DNA of 64,000 nt from an uncultured Acidobacteriota bacterium (GCA_963823195.1 CAWGKR010000004.1:314281-378280); one strand, 5' to 3'; counted from the first letter of the stretch, positions 1 through 11,181 are shown. Translations and numbers: made by a program. The notes: a model not told the origin generated them from the sequence alone.

Positions 1-927
1 CGGCCTCGTCCAGGTCTGCGTCGGCATCGACCACGATGGCGTCCTTGCCCCCCATCTCGGCCACAACCCGCTTGATCCAGCGCTGCCCCGGCTGGGGCTT
101 CGCCGCCAGCTCGTTGATGTGGAGCCCCACTCCCTTCGAGCCCGTGAACGCCACGAACCGCGTCAGGGGATGGGCCACGAGGGGGTCGCCCACCTCGGCG
201 CCACTGCCCGGCAGGAAGTTGAGGACGCCCTTCGGCAACCCGAGGGACTCCATCAGGGCGACGAACTGCGCGGCGATCACCGGCGCGTCCGAGGAGGGTT
301 TCAGGACGACGGTGTTGCCGGTGACGATCGCGGCGGTCGTCATACCGACCATGATCGCCAGGGGGAAGTTCCACGGCGGTACCACGACGCCGACTCCCAG
401 CGGGAGGTAGACGAGGGCGTTCAGCTCCCCAGGCATCGGCGTGACCGGCTGCGGGCCCGAGTAGCGCAGGTTCTCGCGGCCGTAGAACTCGAGGAAGTCG
501 ATGGCTTCCGCGGTGTCGGCGTCGGCCTCAGGCCACGTCTTGCCGACCTCGTAGACGAGCCAGGCCGAGAACTCGTGCTTCCGCCGTCGCATGGCGTCGG
601 CCGCGCGGAAGAGGAAGGCGCTTCGCTCCGCGGCCGGGACGGTCTTCCACGTCGGGAATGCGGCATGGGCCGTCCGGACGGCGGCCTCGGCTTGTTCCTT
701 CGTTCCCTTCGCCACGAACCCGACGACCTGTTCCGTGCGCGAGGGGTTGAGGGATCGGATCTTCGCCTCGGTGGCCACGTGCTGGCCGTCGATCACGAGG
801 TCGTAGCTGGCGCCGAGCTTCGCCCCGACGGCCTCGAGAGCCGCCTTCATGGCGGCCTTCTCCTCGGGTCGCGAAAAATCCGTGAAGGGCTCGTTCCGGA
901 AAGGGCCGCGATCTGTCGCATCGTTCA
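1..927 (-). CDS. pruA: L-glutamate gamma-semialdehyde (1-pyrroline-5-carboxylate) dehydrogenase, aldehyde dehydrogenase family. N-terminus at 927; C-terminus runs off the window.
   Basis: Reverse-strand translation starts MNDATDRGPFRNEPFTDFSRPEEKAAMKAALEAVG, typical of the P5CDH N-terminus. Internal ALDH motifs are present: VVLKPSSDAPVIAA and EMGGKDAIVV (ELGGK-type). The ORF tool did not list it because it runs off the window edge. Confidence 0.8.
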
Positions 928-1027
928 TGGTCCGATGCTACTCCCTGATTCGGGCCTCGCTCAACATCGACCGCTCGTCCGTTTGCCTGACAGCCGGTGG
1001 GCTGCTAAACTCCACGTTTGTCCCGCT

Positions 1028-1114
1028 GCCGGAGTGGCGGAATTGGCAGACGCGCACGGTTCAGGGCCGTGTTGGCTTCGGCTAGTGTGGGTTCAAGTCC
1101 CACCTCCGGCACCA
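1028..1114 (+). tRNA. tRNA-Leu (anticodon CAG), long variable arm
   Basis: Acceptor stem GCCGGAG...CTCCGGC followed by ACCA. Anticodon stem-loop CACGG-TTCAGGG-CCGTG. Long extra arm, T-arm GGTTCAAGTCC. Length 87 nt. Confidence 0.85.
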
Positions 1115-1210
1115 CTCTTCATCAGCAGTTGCACCCCGATCGTGACCGATCTCGTCTACATCGCTGAGGCACCTCAGGGGTAGACTGCCTTCATCCAGGA
1201 GGCAATTCAG

Positions 1211-2047
1211 ATGCTGCAACGCCTCGTCGGTCCCCCCCGCCGGCTTTTCGCAGCCCTCTCGCTGGGCGTCGCCCTCCTCGGCGTTGCCGCGTGGCAGCAC
1301 ACGGCTGCGGCCGCTCAGCCGCCCGCCGCTCACGGCCCGCACTGGTCGTACGAAGGCGCGGAGGACCCGTCGCACTGGGCCCGACTCTCGCCCGAGTTCG
1401 CCTCGTGCGGCGTTGGCCATCAGCAGTCGCCCATCGACATCGTGACCGCCGCGGCCACCCCGCTCCCCGCAGGAACCGCCGGCTTCGATCCGGTCCTGTT
1501 CGGCCCGACCACTCGGCAAGCGGTGCCCGTCGACATCGTGAACAACGGCCACACGGTCCAGGTGGACACGGTCGGGTCCGGCGCTCTCATGATCGGCGAC
1601 GCCCGCTATGTGCTCCAGCAGTTTCACTTCCACAGCCCCAGCGAGCACACGGTGGACGGACGCTCCTATCCCCTCGAGGTCCACTTCGTCCACAAGGCCA
1701 CGGACGGGAAGCTCGCGGTCATCGGCGTCCTCTTCGAAGAAGGGGCCGAGAACCCGGCGCTCGCGCCGTTCTGGAAGAGCCTGCCGAGATCGGCCGGCGC
1801 GCCCGTCGACCTCGGCGCTGGCGGTGTCAGCATCGACACGTTGTTGCCCGCCCGACGCGACGCCTACCGCTACGCGGGCTCGCTCACGACGCCGCCCTGC
1901 AGCGAGGCCGTGAAGTGGGTCGTGATGGCGGACCACGTTTCGGCGTCGGCCGCTCAGATTGCGACCTTCCGGGCGATCATCCAAGGCAACAACCGGCCCG
2001 TTCAGCCCCTCCGCGGTCGGGCGGTCTACACGGACGCCATTCGCTGA
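1211..2047 (+). CDS. cah: alpha-class carbonic anhydrase, secreted (signal peptide)
   Basis: Motifs QSPIDI, FHFHSPSEH and LTTPPCSE, plus an N-terminal signal peptide. AGGAGG Shine-Dalgarno sequence upstream. Confidence 0.9.
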   Translation: MLQRLVGPPRRLFAALSLGVALLGVAAWQHTAAAAQPPAAHGPHWSYEGAEDPSHWARLSPEFASCGVGHQQSPIDIVTAAATPLPAGTAGFDPVLFGPTTRQAVPVDIVNNGHTVQVDTVGSGALMIGDARYVLQQFHFHSPSEHTVDGRSYPLEVHFVHKATDGKLAVIGVLFEEGAENPALAPFWKSLPRSAGAPVDLGAGGVSIDTLLPARRDAYRYAGSLTTPPCSEAVKWVVMADHVSASAAQIATFRAIIQGNNRPVQPLRGRAVYTDAIR

Positions 2048-2065
2048 GGGATCCCGATTGCCGGT

Positions 2066-3139
2066 CTAGTCTCGGTCGTTTGGGCTGGGGGGCGCCACGG
2101 CCTTCTGGTGATGGGGTGAGTTCTGGTAGTGCTGGGCGAGCAGGTCCTCGCCCCAGTCGCCGGCGAAGTCCCGCCAGACGGAGTGGATGTGATTCGCCTC
2201 GTCCTGCGTGTTGTCGAGCTCGATGAGGAAGGTCGGACCCTGCACTCGGTAGTAGTGCCCCTCGCCCGGCTCGACGCCGCCCATCCAGGCGAACTTCACG
2301 GGGTCCAGGCCGGCCTTGCGCAACCGCGCGATCCGCTCTTCGGCGAGCGTCTTCGGCAGGTTGCTCGCGTACTCGTCGATGACGGCCATGAGCAGGCCGC
2401 GCTGCTCGGTCGTCATCGCGCTCCATGCGAGGCCCTTGTTCTCCTGGATGGCCGCGGTGCGGGCGTTGGACGTCAGTATGTCGGTCGGCGCCTGGGCGCG
2501 GATGATCGCCTCCGCGCGCTGCGAGGCCGTCAATCCCTTCACGAGCGCCCGCCCCAGGTCTTCCTCGGCGTGCAGGACGCGCGTCCCCTTGCTCGGTCCG
2601 CTGCGCACCTCCGCAGGGTTGGTGCCGAAGAACTGGGGCGTCGATGCGATCGACTTGCCGGCGACGATCGTCCAGTTCTGCGAGAGGTGATGCCCCTCCC
2701 AGCGCCAGCCCCAGGTGCCGGCGTCCGAGGGCTCCCCGAAGACCGTGAGGTAGTAGAGCTCCGTGTCCCGCCGGACGGGATCGTGCTCCATCTCGGCGAG
2801 CACCGGCTCGAGGGCGCGGATGGCCTCGGCCTTGGAGTAGCCCTTCTCGCTCAGACCGGCGTGGAGCAGGTGAAGCGCCGCCGTCTGCTGGGCGGGGGTC
2901 ATCCGCTTGAGCGGCAGCCCGGCCCGCGGCTTCGGAATGAAGTGCCAGTTGAAGCGCTCCTCGCTGTCGAAAGGAAACCTCGCCAGGGCCGATTGACCGG
3001 GGTCGAGGGTGACCAGGAACGCCTTCGCCGCCGTTGCCATGGCCGACGAGGCCGTTTGGGCCCCCGCGCGCGGGACAGCGGTGAGAAGGAGAAGGAGGAC
3101 GGAGACGGCGATCCGGCACTCGGGAAGCAGGCTGCGCAT
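2066..3139 (-). CDS. DUF3500 family protein (secreted)
   Basis: Signal peptide MRSLLPECRIAVSVLLLLLTAVPRAGAQ starting at the internal ATG at 3139; the longer listed ORF start at 3367 is unlikely. Body matches the DUF3500 pattern (FLVTLDPGQS...WHFIP...TWGWRWEGHHLS...HYYRVQGPTFLIELDNTQDEANHIHSVWRD). Confidence 0.7.
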   Translation of the reverse strand: MRSLLPECRIAVSVLLLLLTAVPRAGAQTASSAMATAAKAFLVTLDPGQSALARFPFDSEERFNWHFIPKPRAGLPLKRMTPAQQTAALHLLHAGLSEKGYSKAEAIRALEPVLAEMEHDPVRRDTELYYLTVFGEPSDAGTWGWRWEGHHLSQNWTIVAGKSIASTPQFFGTNPAEVRSGPSKGTRVLHAEEDLGRALVKGLTASQRAEAIIRAQAPTDILTSNARTAAIQENKGLAWSAMTTEQRGLLMAVIDEYASNLPKTLAEERIARLRKAGLDPVKFAWMGGVEPGEGHYYRVQGPTFLIELDNTQDEANHIHSVWRDFAGDWGEDLLAQHYQNSPHHQKAVAPPSPNDRD

Positions 3140-3147
3140 TCCGCATT

Positions 3148-4887
3148 CTACCCGCGGGTTCGAGTTGCACCTCCGGCGCCCAGCACTGAACGCGTGGCCG
3201 GCGGCGACGGCGAGGGCTCGAACCGCAGGCGCGGAGCGTAGCCCGGCCCGGGTCCGGGCGCGGGCAGCTCGGCCGGCCACTCGTCGACGAGCGTCACGCG
3301 GCCTGAGGCGTCGGAGCGGAATATCACGACCTGGTCGAAGCGAAAGACCCTCGACTCGACGCCCCACGGCGCCTTGATGATGTTCCAGGGCTCGAGGTGG
3401 ACGCCATCGGGCCCCTGGTCACAGAAATAGAAGATCTGCTCGGGCGCGTTGGGCACGCACCCCGCGACGTGCGGGCCGTAGACGAGGTCCAGCGCATGGT
3501 GGAAGGAATAGGTCCCGAGCCAGGCCTGGGCGCCGTCCAGCAGCACCACGATCGTTCCGGGCTTGAGGGTGCCCGCCGTGCTCACGATCTGCGCCAGGCT
3601 GCTGGCCTGAGGCGCATACTTGCTGACGCGCTCCCACGCCTCCTGTACCTGGGAGGTTCGCGCCGCCGCCGTGGCCACGACGACGGCGCCGAGCAGGGCG
3701 ATAGCCGGAAAGCGCGCGCGCAGGGGGAGCGCGCCGGCCGCGAGCCCAATGGCTGCGGACAGCGTGAGGCCGATCCACGGCGCCGCCAGGAACTCGGTTC
3801 GGCTCGCACCATCGAGGTGCGTGGCCACGATGAAGGCACTGTAGGCTGCTGCGGCGCCGACGATTCCGACGAGCGCGGCGGTCGCAAAGCGCCGACGGGA
3901 GCCGGTCGTCTCCGCGGAAGGCCCGAGGACGGCCATCGCAACGACAACCATTGCGGCGGAGATGATCGGCCGCGGCTTCAGGAACGCGGAGGGCAGGGTT
4001 TGGAAGAGCGGCGCCAGGTGGAGCCGAAACTGTTCCCCGAGGCGCGAGAGAAGGCCGCCGGGATCCAGGTCGGGGCGCATGATCTCGGCTTGATACCAGG
4101 ACTCGGGGCGGCCGCGGAGCGCGGGGAACCCGTCGGCGAGTCGATAGACCGACCCGGGCTGGTCGCGGAGGAGCAGCGGCAGGGCGATGACCAGCGCGCC
4201 CAGAGCCATGACGCTCCCGTAGGCAAGGAGCGTGCTCCTGTCGAGGCGCACGCCCAGCCCCAGAAGCAGCAGCGGCGCGATCAGGAGCAGCGGAAGGGCG
4301 CCTTCATGGATACGGATCGTCACGAACGCGAGTCCCGCGGCTGCGGCGATGACGGCGGGCCGTCCTGCCGCGATGGTCAGAAGGAACAGGACGCCGATCG
4401 TGGCAGCCGTGATCCCGGAATACGCCGACGAGTAGATCGAGTCGAGCCGGAACAGGTCCGAGGGCGCCCAGGTCGCGGCGAAGACGCCGGCGAGGAGCGC
4501 CCAGTCGTGGCGGCCGGGCGCGACGCGAAGCACGAGCAGGCTCGTGAGGATCCCCGCCAGCACGAGATAGTGCCCATGAAGCAGGAACGAGGCGCCCAGC
4601 AAGTGCGAGGGGAACAGGGCGACCGGGACGTTGAAGAGAAGTCCCAGCGGGCGGTTCGCGTAGGGGACGGAGAGGATCCCATGGGACGAAAGGGACAGGA
4701 CCAGCCACTCGTCCACGCCGCCGAAGTTGTCGAGCCGTACGGCGGAAAACTGCGCCCAGAAGGCGCCATACACGGCGGCGAGCACGATTCCGACTCTCGC
4801 CCATGCGGGCCGCACCGGCCCCGGCGTGCCGAGCATGCGGCGCGATCCTAGCATGGCGCTCGGAAACCCGGCACGTCGGTGATACAC
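3148..4887 (-). CDS. polytopic integral membrane protein (about 12 TM) with C-terminal soluble domain; possible glycosyl/mannosyltransferase-like, function unknown
   Basis: 579-aa ORF directly upstream of, and co-oriented with, the DUF3500 gene (9-bp gap). Hydrophobic helices fill the N-terminal two thirds. The exact start (4887, 4857 or 4842) is uncertain. Confidence 0.6.
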   Translation of the reverse strand: MYHRRAGFPSAMLGSRRMLGTPGPVRPAWARVGIVLAAVYGAFWAQFSAVRLDNFGGVDEWLVLSLSSHGILSVPYANRPLGLLFNVPVALFPSHLLGASFLLHGHYLVLAGILTSLLVLRVAPGRHDWALLAGVFAATWAPSDLFRLDSIYSSAYSGITAATIGVLFLLTIAAGRPAVIAAAAGLAFVTIRIHEGALPLLLIAPLLLLGLGVRLDRSTLLAYGSVMALGALVIALPLLLRDQPGSVYRLADGFPALRGRPESWYQAEIMRPDLDPGGLLSRLGEQFRLHLAPLFQTLPSAFLKPRPIISAAMVVVAMAVLGPSAETTGSRRRFATAALVGIVGAAAAYSAFIVATHLDGASRTEFLAAPWIGLTLSAAIGLAAGALPLRARFPAIALLGAVVVATAAARTSQVQEAWERVSKYAPQASSLAQIVSTAGTLKPGTIVVLLDGAQAWLGTYSFHHALDLVYGPHVAGCVPNAPEQIFYFCDQGPDGVHLEPWNIIKAPWGVESRVFRFDQVVIFRSDASGRVTLVDEWPAELPAPGPGPGYAPRLRFEPSPSPPATRSVLGAGGATRTRG

Positions 4888-5039
4888 TCAAGGTGCCTCG
4901 CGCTCGGTTCTACGGAGCGCCTGGGGCAGTCCCACCTCCTCCGAGAAGCACCCCTCAGACGGTCCCTTCGCGGCGGGAGATTTCGCCGCGTCGTCCTCGA
5001 CAGAAGATCGAGGCGCATGGCCGTTGAATGAATTGAGAG

Positions 5040-7416
5040 TTGATGGAATTACGTGATCGTGTGTTGGAGCTGTTGAACAAGGATGGCCGACCGGTGTCGG
5101 TCCGGGAGGTCGCGCGCCGGCTCGGCCTCGAGAAAGAAGAGCGGGTCGAGCTGACGGCGGAGCTGCGCCGCCTCATCGAGACGGGGGAGGTCGTGAAGAT
5201 CCGCGGAGCGCGGATCGGCCTGCCCTCCCGGATGAACCTGGTGGCTGGCCGGCTCAGCTGCAACGCGGGCGGCTTCGGTTTCGTGGTCCCCGACAAGAGG
5301 CGCCCGGGCGAGCCCGACGTCTACGTCTCCGCCGTGAACCTGAAGGAGGCCCTCCACGGAGACCGGGTCGTGGTGCGGGTGGAGCGCGCCACGCCGAAGG
5401 GGCCCGAGGGGCGCATCATCCGGGTCCTGGAGCGCGGCCTCCAGCGCATCGTGGGACGCTTCGAGAGCGACGGCCGCTTCGGCGGACACGTGATCCCCTT
5501 CGATCGCCGGATCCTTCACGAGCTGTTCATCCCACCTGGGGACGAGGGCGGCGCCGTGCCGGGGGAGATGGTGTCGGCCCAGATGGACCGGCCTCCCACC
5601 GCCACGCGGAACCCGTCGGGTCACGTCCTCAAGGTCCTGGGGCGACTCGAGGACCCCGGCGTCGACCTGAACGTGGTCATGGCCAAGTACGACCTTCCGG
5701 ACGCGTTTCCCGGCGGACGTCGAGGCCGAGGCCGAGCGCGTTCCGAAGACCGTCGGTCCGGAGGCTGTCACCGACCGCACCGACTTCCGCCCGTGGGCGA
5801 CCGTGACGGTCGACCCCGAAACCGCCCGCGACTTCGACGATGCGATCAGCCTCGACCATCTTCCGAACGGTCATTGGCTTCTGGCGGTCCACATCGCCGA
5901 CGTCGCGCACTACGTCCCGGTGGGCTCGCAGCTGGACCAGGAGGCCTATCTCCGCGGCACGTCGGTCTACTTTCCCGACCGCGTCGTCCCCATGCTGCCC
6001 CACGCGCTCTCGAGCAACATCTGCAGCCTCGTCGAGGGCGAAGACCGGCTGACCCAGACCGTGGTCCTGGAGCTGGACGGCAAGGGGCGCGTCCAGCGTG
6101 CCGAGTTCCACGACGGCGTCATCCGAAGCGCCGCGCGGATGACCTACCAGCAGGTCCAGAAGATCGTCGACGGCGATGCCGACCTGCGGCAGCGCTACGC
6201 GTCCCTCGTCCCGCTCTTCGAGCGGATGAACGAGCTGGCCAAGGTCATGCGCCGGCACCGCTACGAGCGCGGGTCGCTGGACTTCGATCTCCCGGAGCCG
6301 AAGCTGGTGCTTGGTGACGCCGGCGAGATGGTCGGCATCGTGGCGACTCCGCGCCTCGACAGCATGAAGATGATCGAGGAGTTCATGCTGGCGGCGAACG
6401 AGGCCGTGGCCGAGCACCTGGCCAAGGCCGGCGCGCCCGCCCTGTACCGCATCCACGAGCGCCCGGACCCCGAGCGCGTCGAGGAGTTCTGCGAGCTGGT
6501 GGCGTCCTTCGGGTACCGCGTGCCTCCGAACCTGGAGGAGATGCGTCCCCAGGACTTCCAGCTCATCCTCCGGCAGATCGAGGGAAAGCCCGAGTCGAAG
6601 CTCGTGTCGTACCTCCTCTTGCGCACCATGAAGCTCGCGCGCTACTTCGAGGAGAACCTCGGCCACTTCGGCCTTGCCACCGACATGTACGCGCACTTCA
6701 CGAGCCCCATCCGGCGCTATCCGGACCTGGTGGTCCACCGCGCGTTGCGAGGCCTGCGCCAACGTGCGCCCGAGGACGCGGCGCTACGAGAGGCCCTTCC
6801 CGAGATGGGGCGCCACCTCTCCGACATGGAGAGGCGCGCCACCGACGCCGAGCGAGAGCTCATCGAGTGGAAGAAGGTCCGCTTCATGGCCGACAAGCTG
6901 GGGGACGTCTTCTCCGGCTACGTGACGGGCGTCCAGACCTTCGGGCTCTTCGTCGAGCTCAACGAGGTCTACGTCCAGGGCCTCGTTCACGTCTCGTCGA
7001 TGACCGACGACTACTACGTGTTCAACGAGAAGGCCCATACCCTGAAGGGCGAGAACACGAGCAAGGTCTACCGCCTCGGCGACGCCGTCGAGATCCAGGT
7101 CGTGAAGGTCGACCTCGAGCGACGCCAGATCGACTTCGCGCTGGTCGACGTCTTGAAGCGGTCGGCGGGAGGAGGGGCTGCTGCTCGCCGCCCGGCCGGC
7201 GGCCGTCGTCCCGGCAGCGACGCGCCCCGGCCGAAGGGTCGGCCGGCCCACACCCCGAAAGACGGCGCCCCGTCGTGGCCGCAAGGCCGTTTCGCGCCGG
7301 AAGCGGTGATCATCGCTGTTCGCGCCGCACACCGACGAGTGCTCGGCGTCCTACCCTTGCTACTCGCAAGGTCGACGCCTACCATTCGAAGTCCAGGTCA
7401 TGCCCCCCATCGGTAG
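5040..7416 (+). CDS. rnr: ribonuclease R. One apparent +1 frameshift near 5718-5725; C-terminal basic tail and stop uncertain.
   Basis: N-terminal winged-helix region, cold-shock domain, RNB catalytic region (VDPETARDFDDAISLD...YFPDRVVPMLP...FTSPIRRYPDLVVHR), S1 domain and basic C-tail. The reading frame switches between ...KYDLPDAF and PADVEAEAERVPK; an extra G in cccggcgg would explain it. An alternative stop is at about 7305 in another frame. Confidence 0.85.
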
Positions 7417-10018
7417 GTCCGGGAAGACGACCGCGGACCCGACGAAGACGTCAGATTCTTCTGGTCGCACACCTGTGGACCGGCCCCGCGACGGGCCGCT
7501 AGACCAGGGCCGCTTCGCTCCCGGCACGATCCTCGCCGGTCGCTACCGTGTGGTCGGCCTCCTGGGCCTGGGAGGCATGGGCGAGGTCTACAGGGCCGAC
7601 GACCTTCGCCTCCGGGAGAGCGTGGCGCTCAAGCTGCTGCGACCCGATCTCGCCGCGGACCCTGTCCGTCTCGCCCGCCTCCATGCCGAAGTGCGAATCG
7701 CCCGCAACGTCTCCCACCCCCACGTCTGCCGCGTTCACGACATCGGCGAGGCCGACGGCCTGACCTTCCTCAGCATGGAGTACGTGGACGGCGAGGACCT
7801 TGCCGCGCTCCTGAAGCGGGTGGGACGTCTGCCGGCGGAGCGGGCGGTGGTGGTGGCACGACAGATCTGCGCGGGCCTGGCGGCCGTCCACGAGAGCGGG
7901 GCGCTTCACCGTGACCTGAAGCCCTCGAACGTGATGATCGACGGGCGGGGGCATGCCCGCCTGACCGACTTCGGCCTCGCCGTCGTCGCCGACGAGGCGC
8001 GCGGGGAAGCACCCGAGATCGCCGGCACCCCTGCCTACATGGCGCCGGAGCAGATCGCGGGCACGGCCCTGACGCCCCAGACCGACCTCTTCGCCCTCGG
8101 CCTCGTTCTCTACGAGCTGTTCACGGGGCGGGCCGCTTTCCCCGCGGGGTCGAAGCCCGGCGCCGAGGAGACCGAGCGCACCGCCCCTCTACAGCCCTCG
8201 AGCCACGTGGCGGATCTCGACCCGCGCATCGAACGCGTGATCCTCCAGTGTCTCGAGACGGTCCCCGAGCGACGGCCGGCCTCCGCGGGCGCGGTGGCCG
8301 CGGCCCTTTCCGGGGACGACGCCCTCGCCGCCGCAATCGCGGCTGGCGAGACCCCGTCGCCCGCGATGGTGGCGGCGGCGGGGGAGGGCGCCGGCTTCAG
8401 GCCGGTAACGGCGCTGGCCGTGGCTGCCCTCGGCCTCCTGGTCTTCACGCTGCACGTCGTGTTCCAGGACCACGTCACGTTCTTCGCCCAGATCCCCCTC
8501 GAGAAGCCCCCCGCCGTTCTGGCGGAGCGGGCCCGCGAAGTGATGCGCAGGCTTGGCTATCCTGAGCCCCGGAGCCAGGACTTCGGCTTCACCTACGACG
8601 ACGCGTTCCTCCAGTACACGGAGGACCACGACGCGTCGCCACGGCGCTGGGAGGCGCTGCGCGTGGGACAACCCGCCGCGATCTCATTTTGGTGCTGGGA
8701 GGACGCGGTGGAGGGTGGTCCTCGTGAGCTCTCCCATCCCGCGCTTCGCGGAGGTCCCGGGCTGCCACAGGGAATCGCAGTGTTGCACCTGGATACCCGG
8801 GGCCGGCTCCTCCACTTCCTCCTGGTGCCCTGGGCAGGCTATGCCGCGCTGGAGACGGCCCCGGACTGGAACGTCCCACTGGCCCTGGCCGGACTGGACC
8901 CGGCCGCGCTGCGTCCCGCGGAGCCGACCTCCATCCCGGCGGTCTTCGCCGACCGCCGCGCCGCCTGGGAAGGCGTCTTCCCCGAAGCGCCTCGGTTTCC
9001 GCTGCGTGTCGAGGCGGCCGCTTTCCGCGGTCGGATCGTGGACTTCCGGATCCTGGCCCCCTGGACTGGTGCGGCGCCTGCGCCCCGATTGGACGCCTCG
9101 ACGCTCGAGGGAGGGATCATGGCCCTCCTCGTCCCGGTCCTGATCGCGGGCCTTTTCCTCGCACGCCGCAACTACCGGTTGGGTCGCGGGGACCGGAAGA
9201 GCGCTTGGCGCGTGGCCGTCGTGGCTTTCGCCTGCCAGCTGTTGTCTTCGCTCTTCTGGAACGTCCACGCCGGCTCGCCGCTCGACCAGTGGCAGAGCCT
9301 CTCCTCAGCTGTCGGGAAGGCACTCTTCATGTCCGCCCAGCTCTGGGTCTTCTACATGGCGCTCGAGCCCTACGCACGTCGCCGCTGGCCGGAGACGCTC
9401 ATCGCCTGGAGCCGGCTGCTGTCGGGCCGTTTCCGCGACCCATTGGTGGGCCGCGACCTTCTGGTGGGAGCTCTGATCGCGCCGTCGGCTTTCGCCCTCC
9501 TGATCCTGTGCCACACCGTCCAGGTTTGGATCGGAGAGCCGGGGCCGCGGCTCTTGGAGGCGCCCCTCTACCTCACGCTCGGGGTTCAGAACTTTGCGTT
9601 CCGCTTGTTCGACATGCTGCGCGTGGCAATCCTCGTCGGGATGATGGCGCTGCTATTCCTCGTGCTGCTGCGGGCGTTGCTCCGCCACCAGGCCGCGGCC
9701 CTGTGGGCCGTCTTTGCCGCCTTCACGGCGATCCTGGCGTTGGGATGGGGGCGCGGCCGCCTCTCGTGGGTGGAGCTGCTCGCGTACGCGAGCATCAGCG
9801 TCCTCTTCTGCGTGACCCTGCGCTTCGGCCTCCTGGCCGCGATCGTGGCCATGTTCCTGGCTCTGCTCCTGGATTCTCCGATGACGACGAATCCGTGGGC
9901 CTGGTATGCCCAGACGACCTTTCTCCTCTGCGGACTGTTCGCCGCCGTGGTGGGCTGGGGACTGTATGCCTCCCTTGCTGGCCGATCCATCGGGTGGAGC
10001 CGCCTCCTCGAGGAGTAG
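7400..10018 (+). CDS. Hanks-type Ser/Thr protein kinase with large C-terminal polytopic membrane domain
   Basis: GxGxxG loop (LGLGGMGEVY), VALK, HRDLKPSNV, DFGLA, AYMAPEQ, then one TM and a C-terminal region of about 8 TM helices. No frameshift. Confidence 0.85.
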   Translation: MPPIGRSGKTTADPTKTSDSSGRTPVDRPRDGPLDQGRFAPGTILAGRYRVVGLLGLGGMGEVYRADDLRLRESVALKLLRPDLAADPVRLARLHAEVRIARNVSHPHVCRVHDIGEADGLTFLSMEYVDGEDLAALLKRVGRLPAERAVVVARQICAGLAAVHESGALHRDLKPSNVMIDGRGHARLTDFGLAVVADEARGEAPEIAGTPAYMAPEQIAGTALTPQTDLFALGLVLYELFTGRAAFPAGSKPGAEETERTAPLQPSSHVADLDPRIERVILQCLETVPERRPASAGAVAAALSGDDALAAAIAAGETPSPAMVAAAGEGAGFRPVTALAVAALGLLVFTLHVVFQDHVTFFAQIPLEKPPAVLAERAREVMRRLGYPEPRSQDFGFTYDDAFLQYTEDHDASPRRWEALRVGQPAAISFWCWEDAVEGGPRELSHPALRGGPGLPQGIAVLHLDTRGRLLHFLLVPWAGYAALETAPDWNVPLALAGLDPAALRPAEPTSIPAVFADRRAAWEGVFPEAPRFPLRVEAAAFRGRIVDFRILAPWTGAAPAPRLDASTLEGGIMALLVPVLIAGLFLARRNYRLGRGDRKSAWRVAVVAFACQLLSSLFWNVHAGSPLDQWQSLSSAVGKALFMSAQLWVFYMALEPYARRRWPETLIAWSRLLSGRFRDPLVGRDLLVGALIAPSAFALLILCHTVQVWIGEPGPRLLEAPLYLTLGVQNFAFRLFDMLRVAILVGMMALLFLVLLRALLRHQAAALWAVFAAFTAILALGWGRGRLSWVELLAYASISVLFCVTLRFGLLAAIVAMFLALLLDSPMTTNPWAWYAQTTFLLCGLFAAVVGWGLYASLAGRSIGWSRLLEE

Positions 10019-10050
10019 CCGGCCCCAACTCCCTCACGACCGTCGCTGGA

Positions 10051-11098
10051 TTACTTCCCCGGGCGAGACAGGCCGCGCCACTGCGGGCCGTACAGCGGGT
10101 GGGCGAGGACGGCGTCCCAGGGCTTCCGGCCCGCGCGCCAGGTCCAGAGGCGGTAGTAGTTCTTGGCGCCGAAGAGGCACAGGTCGAAGATCGGCGTGTT
10201 GAAGAAGAGCTTCTTCAGGAACGACTTCCGGAGGAGGTTCTCGATCATCGACACGGCGTTGTGCTCGGCGGGCTGGAAGCGGACCTGCGCTGCCGCCGGC
10301 TGGACTCCGCGGACCTCGATCTGGCCCGGATCGTTCGTGCCGATGCCGCGGGCCGCGCATGTGGCGAGATGGCGGACGGTAGCCGGGTCCAGACCCATGA
10401 CCTGCGCCTGGACCGTGTCGAGGGCGACGGGGTCGCGGGAGCAGAGGATCAGGTCCGCGATCACGGGGTTCCCCGACTTGGGGCCGTTACCCTTCGAGGG
10501 CGACGGTCGCGTCCATCAGCGCCAGGGCCGGCCGCATGACGAAGTTGAGATCGGCCAGGGCGTCGTCCAGGACCAGGTGGTATTCGTGGCGCATCTTGCC
10601 GATGCACCCCCACTGGTTCTTGATGGCCCCCGAGAGGCGCGTCTTCGCGTGGGTCTTCATGACGGGTACGGTGACGAGGAGCGTGTCCTTCAGGATCTGC
10701 GGGACGTCGATGCGCTTCAGGACGACGTTGCGGGGCTCGTCGTGGGGGACCGTCGCCGCGCGGGTCATGTTCACCCACCGGACGCCCGTCCGCTTGCAGA
10801 CCTCGGCCATCCCGCTCTCGTGGAACGCCTTCTCGACGTCCTCGAGGACCTGATCCGACTCCACCATGTAGATCGTGCCGACGTGGTCCCGGATGGCGCC
10901 GATCAGGGCTTCGGCCACGAGGGGCGACGTGATGGAACCGGGGATGAAGAGATCCCAGCCGAGGTTCACCTTGAGGGAGACGTCGGCGCCCTTGGGGATC
11001 GCGCGGCTCCAGTCCGCGCCCTCGAGGGCGCGCCTGACGGCACCGGGGACGTCCCCCTTCACGGGCTCGATGGAGACGACCGACTTTTCCGCAGCCAT
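10051..11098 (-). CDS. DUF362 domain protein; one frameshift near 10465-10487
   Basis: MAAEKSVVSIEPVKG...KVNLGWD...VTVPVMKTHAKTRLSGAIKNQWGCIG...DATVALEG, continuing in another frame as NGPKSGNPVIADLILCSRDPVALDTVQAQVMGLDP (the DUF362 C-terminus). Start ATG at 11098. Confidence 0.7.
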
Positions 11099-11181
11099 GA
11101 GCCGCCCAGTATATCGGAAGCTCGCGGCGAGACGCGCCGCGGTCCTTCCGCTACAATCCGTTACTCGAGAGAGGAGCCCCA

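Noticed and set aside
1291-2226. Long Arg/Pro/Gly-rich ORFs on alternative frames or strands, e.g. 1291..2226(+), 1977..3170(-), 3397..4851(+), 11417..13873(-), 12644..13996(+), 15012..16388(-), 18597..21431(+), 37711..40515(+)
   Set aside because: They are typical stop-free shadow frames of a 70%-GC genome: low-complexity R/P/G/A composition, no GC3 bias, and they overlap genes with clear homology on another frame.
4955-5027. Small ORFs 4803..5027(+) and 4955..5296(-) in the rnr upstream region
   Set aside because: No coding bias or motifs. The region is better explained as the rnr promoter/5' UTR.
7255-7520. Shared QGRFAP peptide in the RNase R tail ORF and the kinase N-terminus, suggesting a duplication
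   Set aside because: It is a 6-aa coincidence in low-complexity GC-rich sequence. The rnr C-terminal frame is itself uncertain (alternative stop near 7305).
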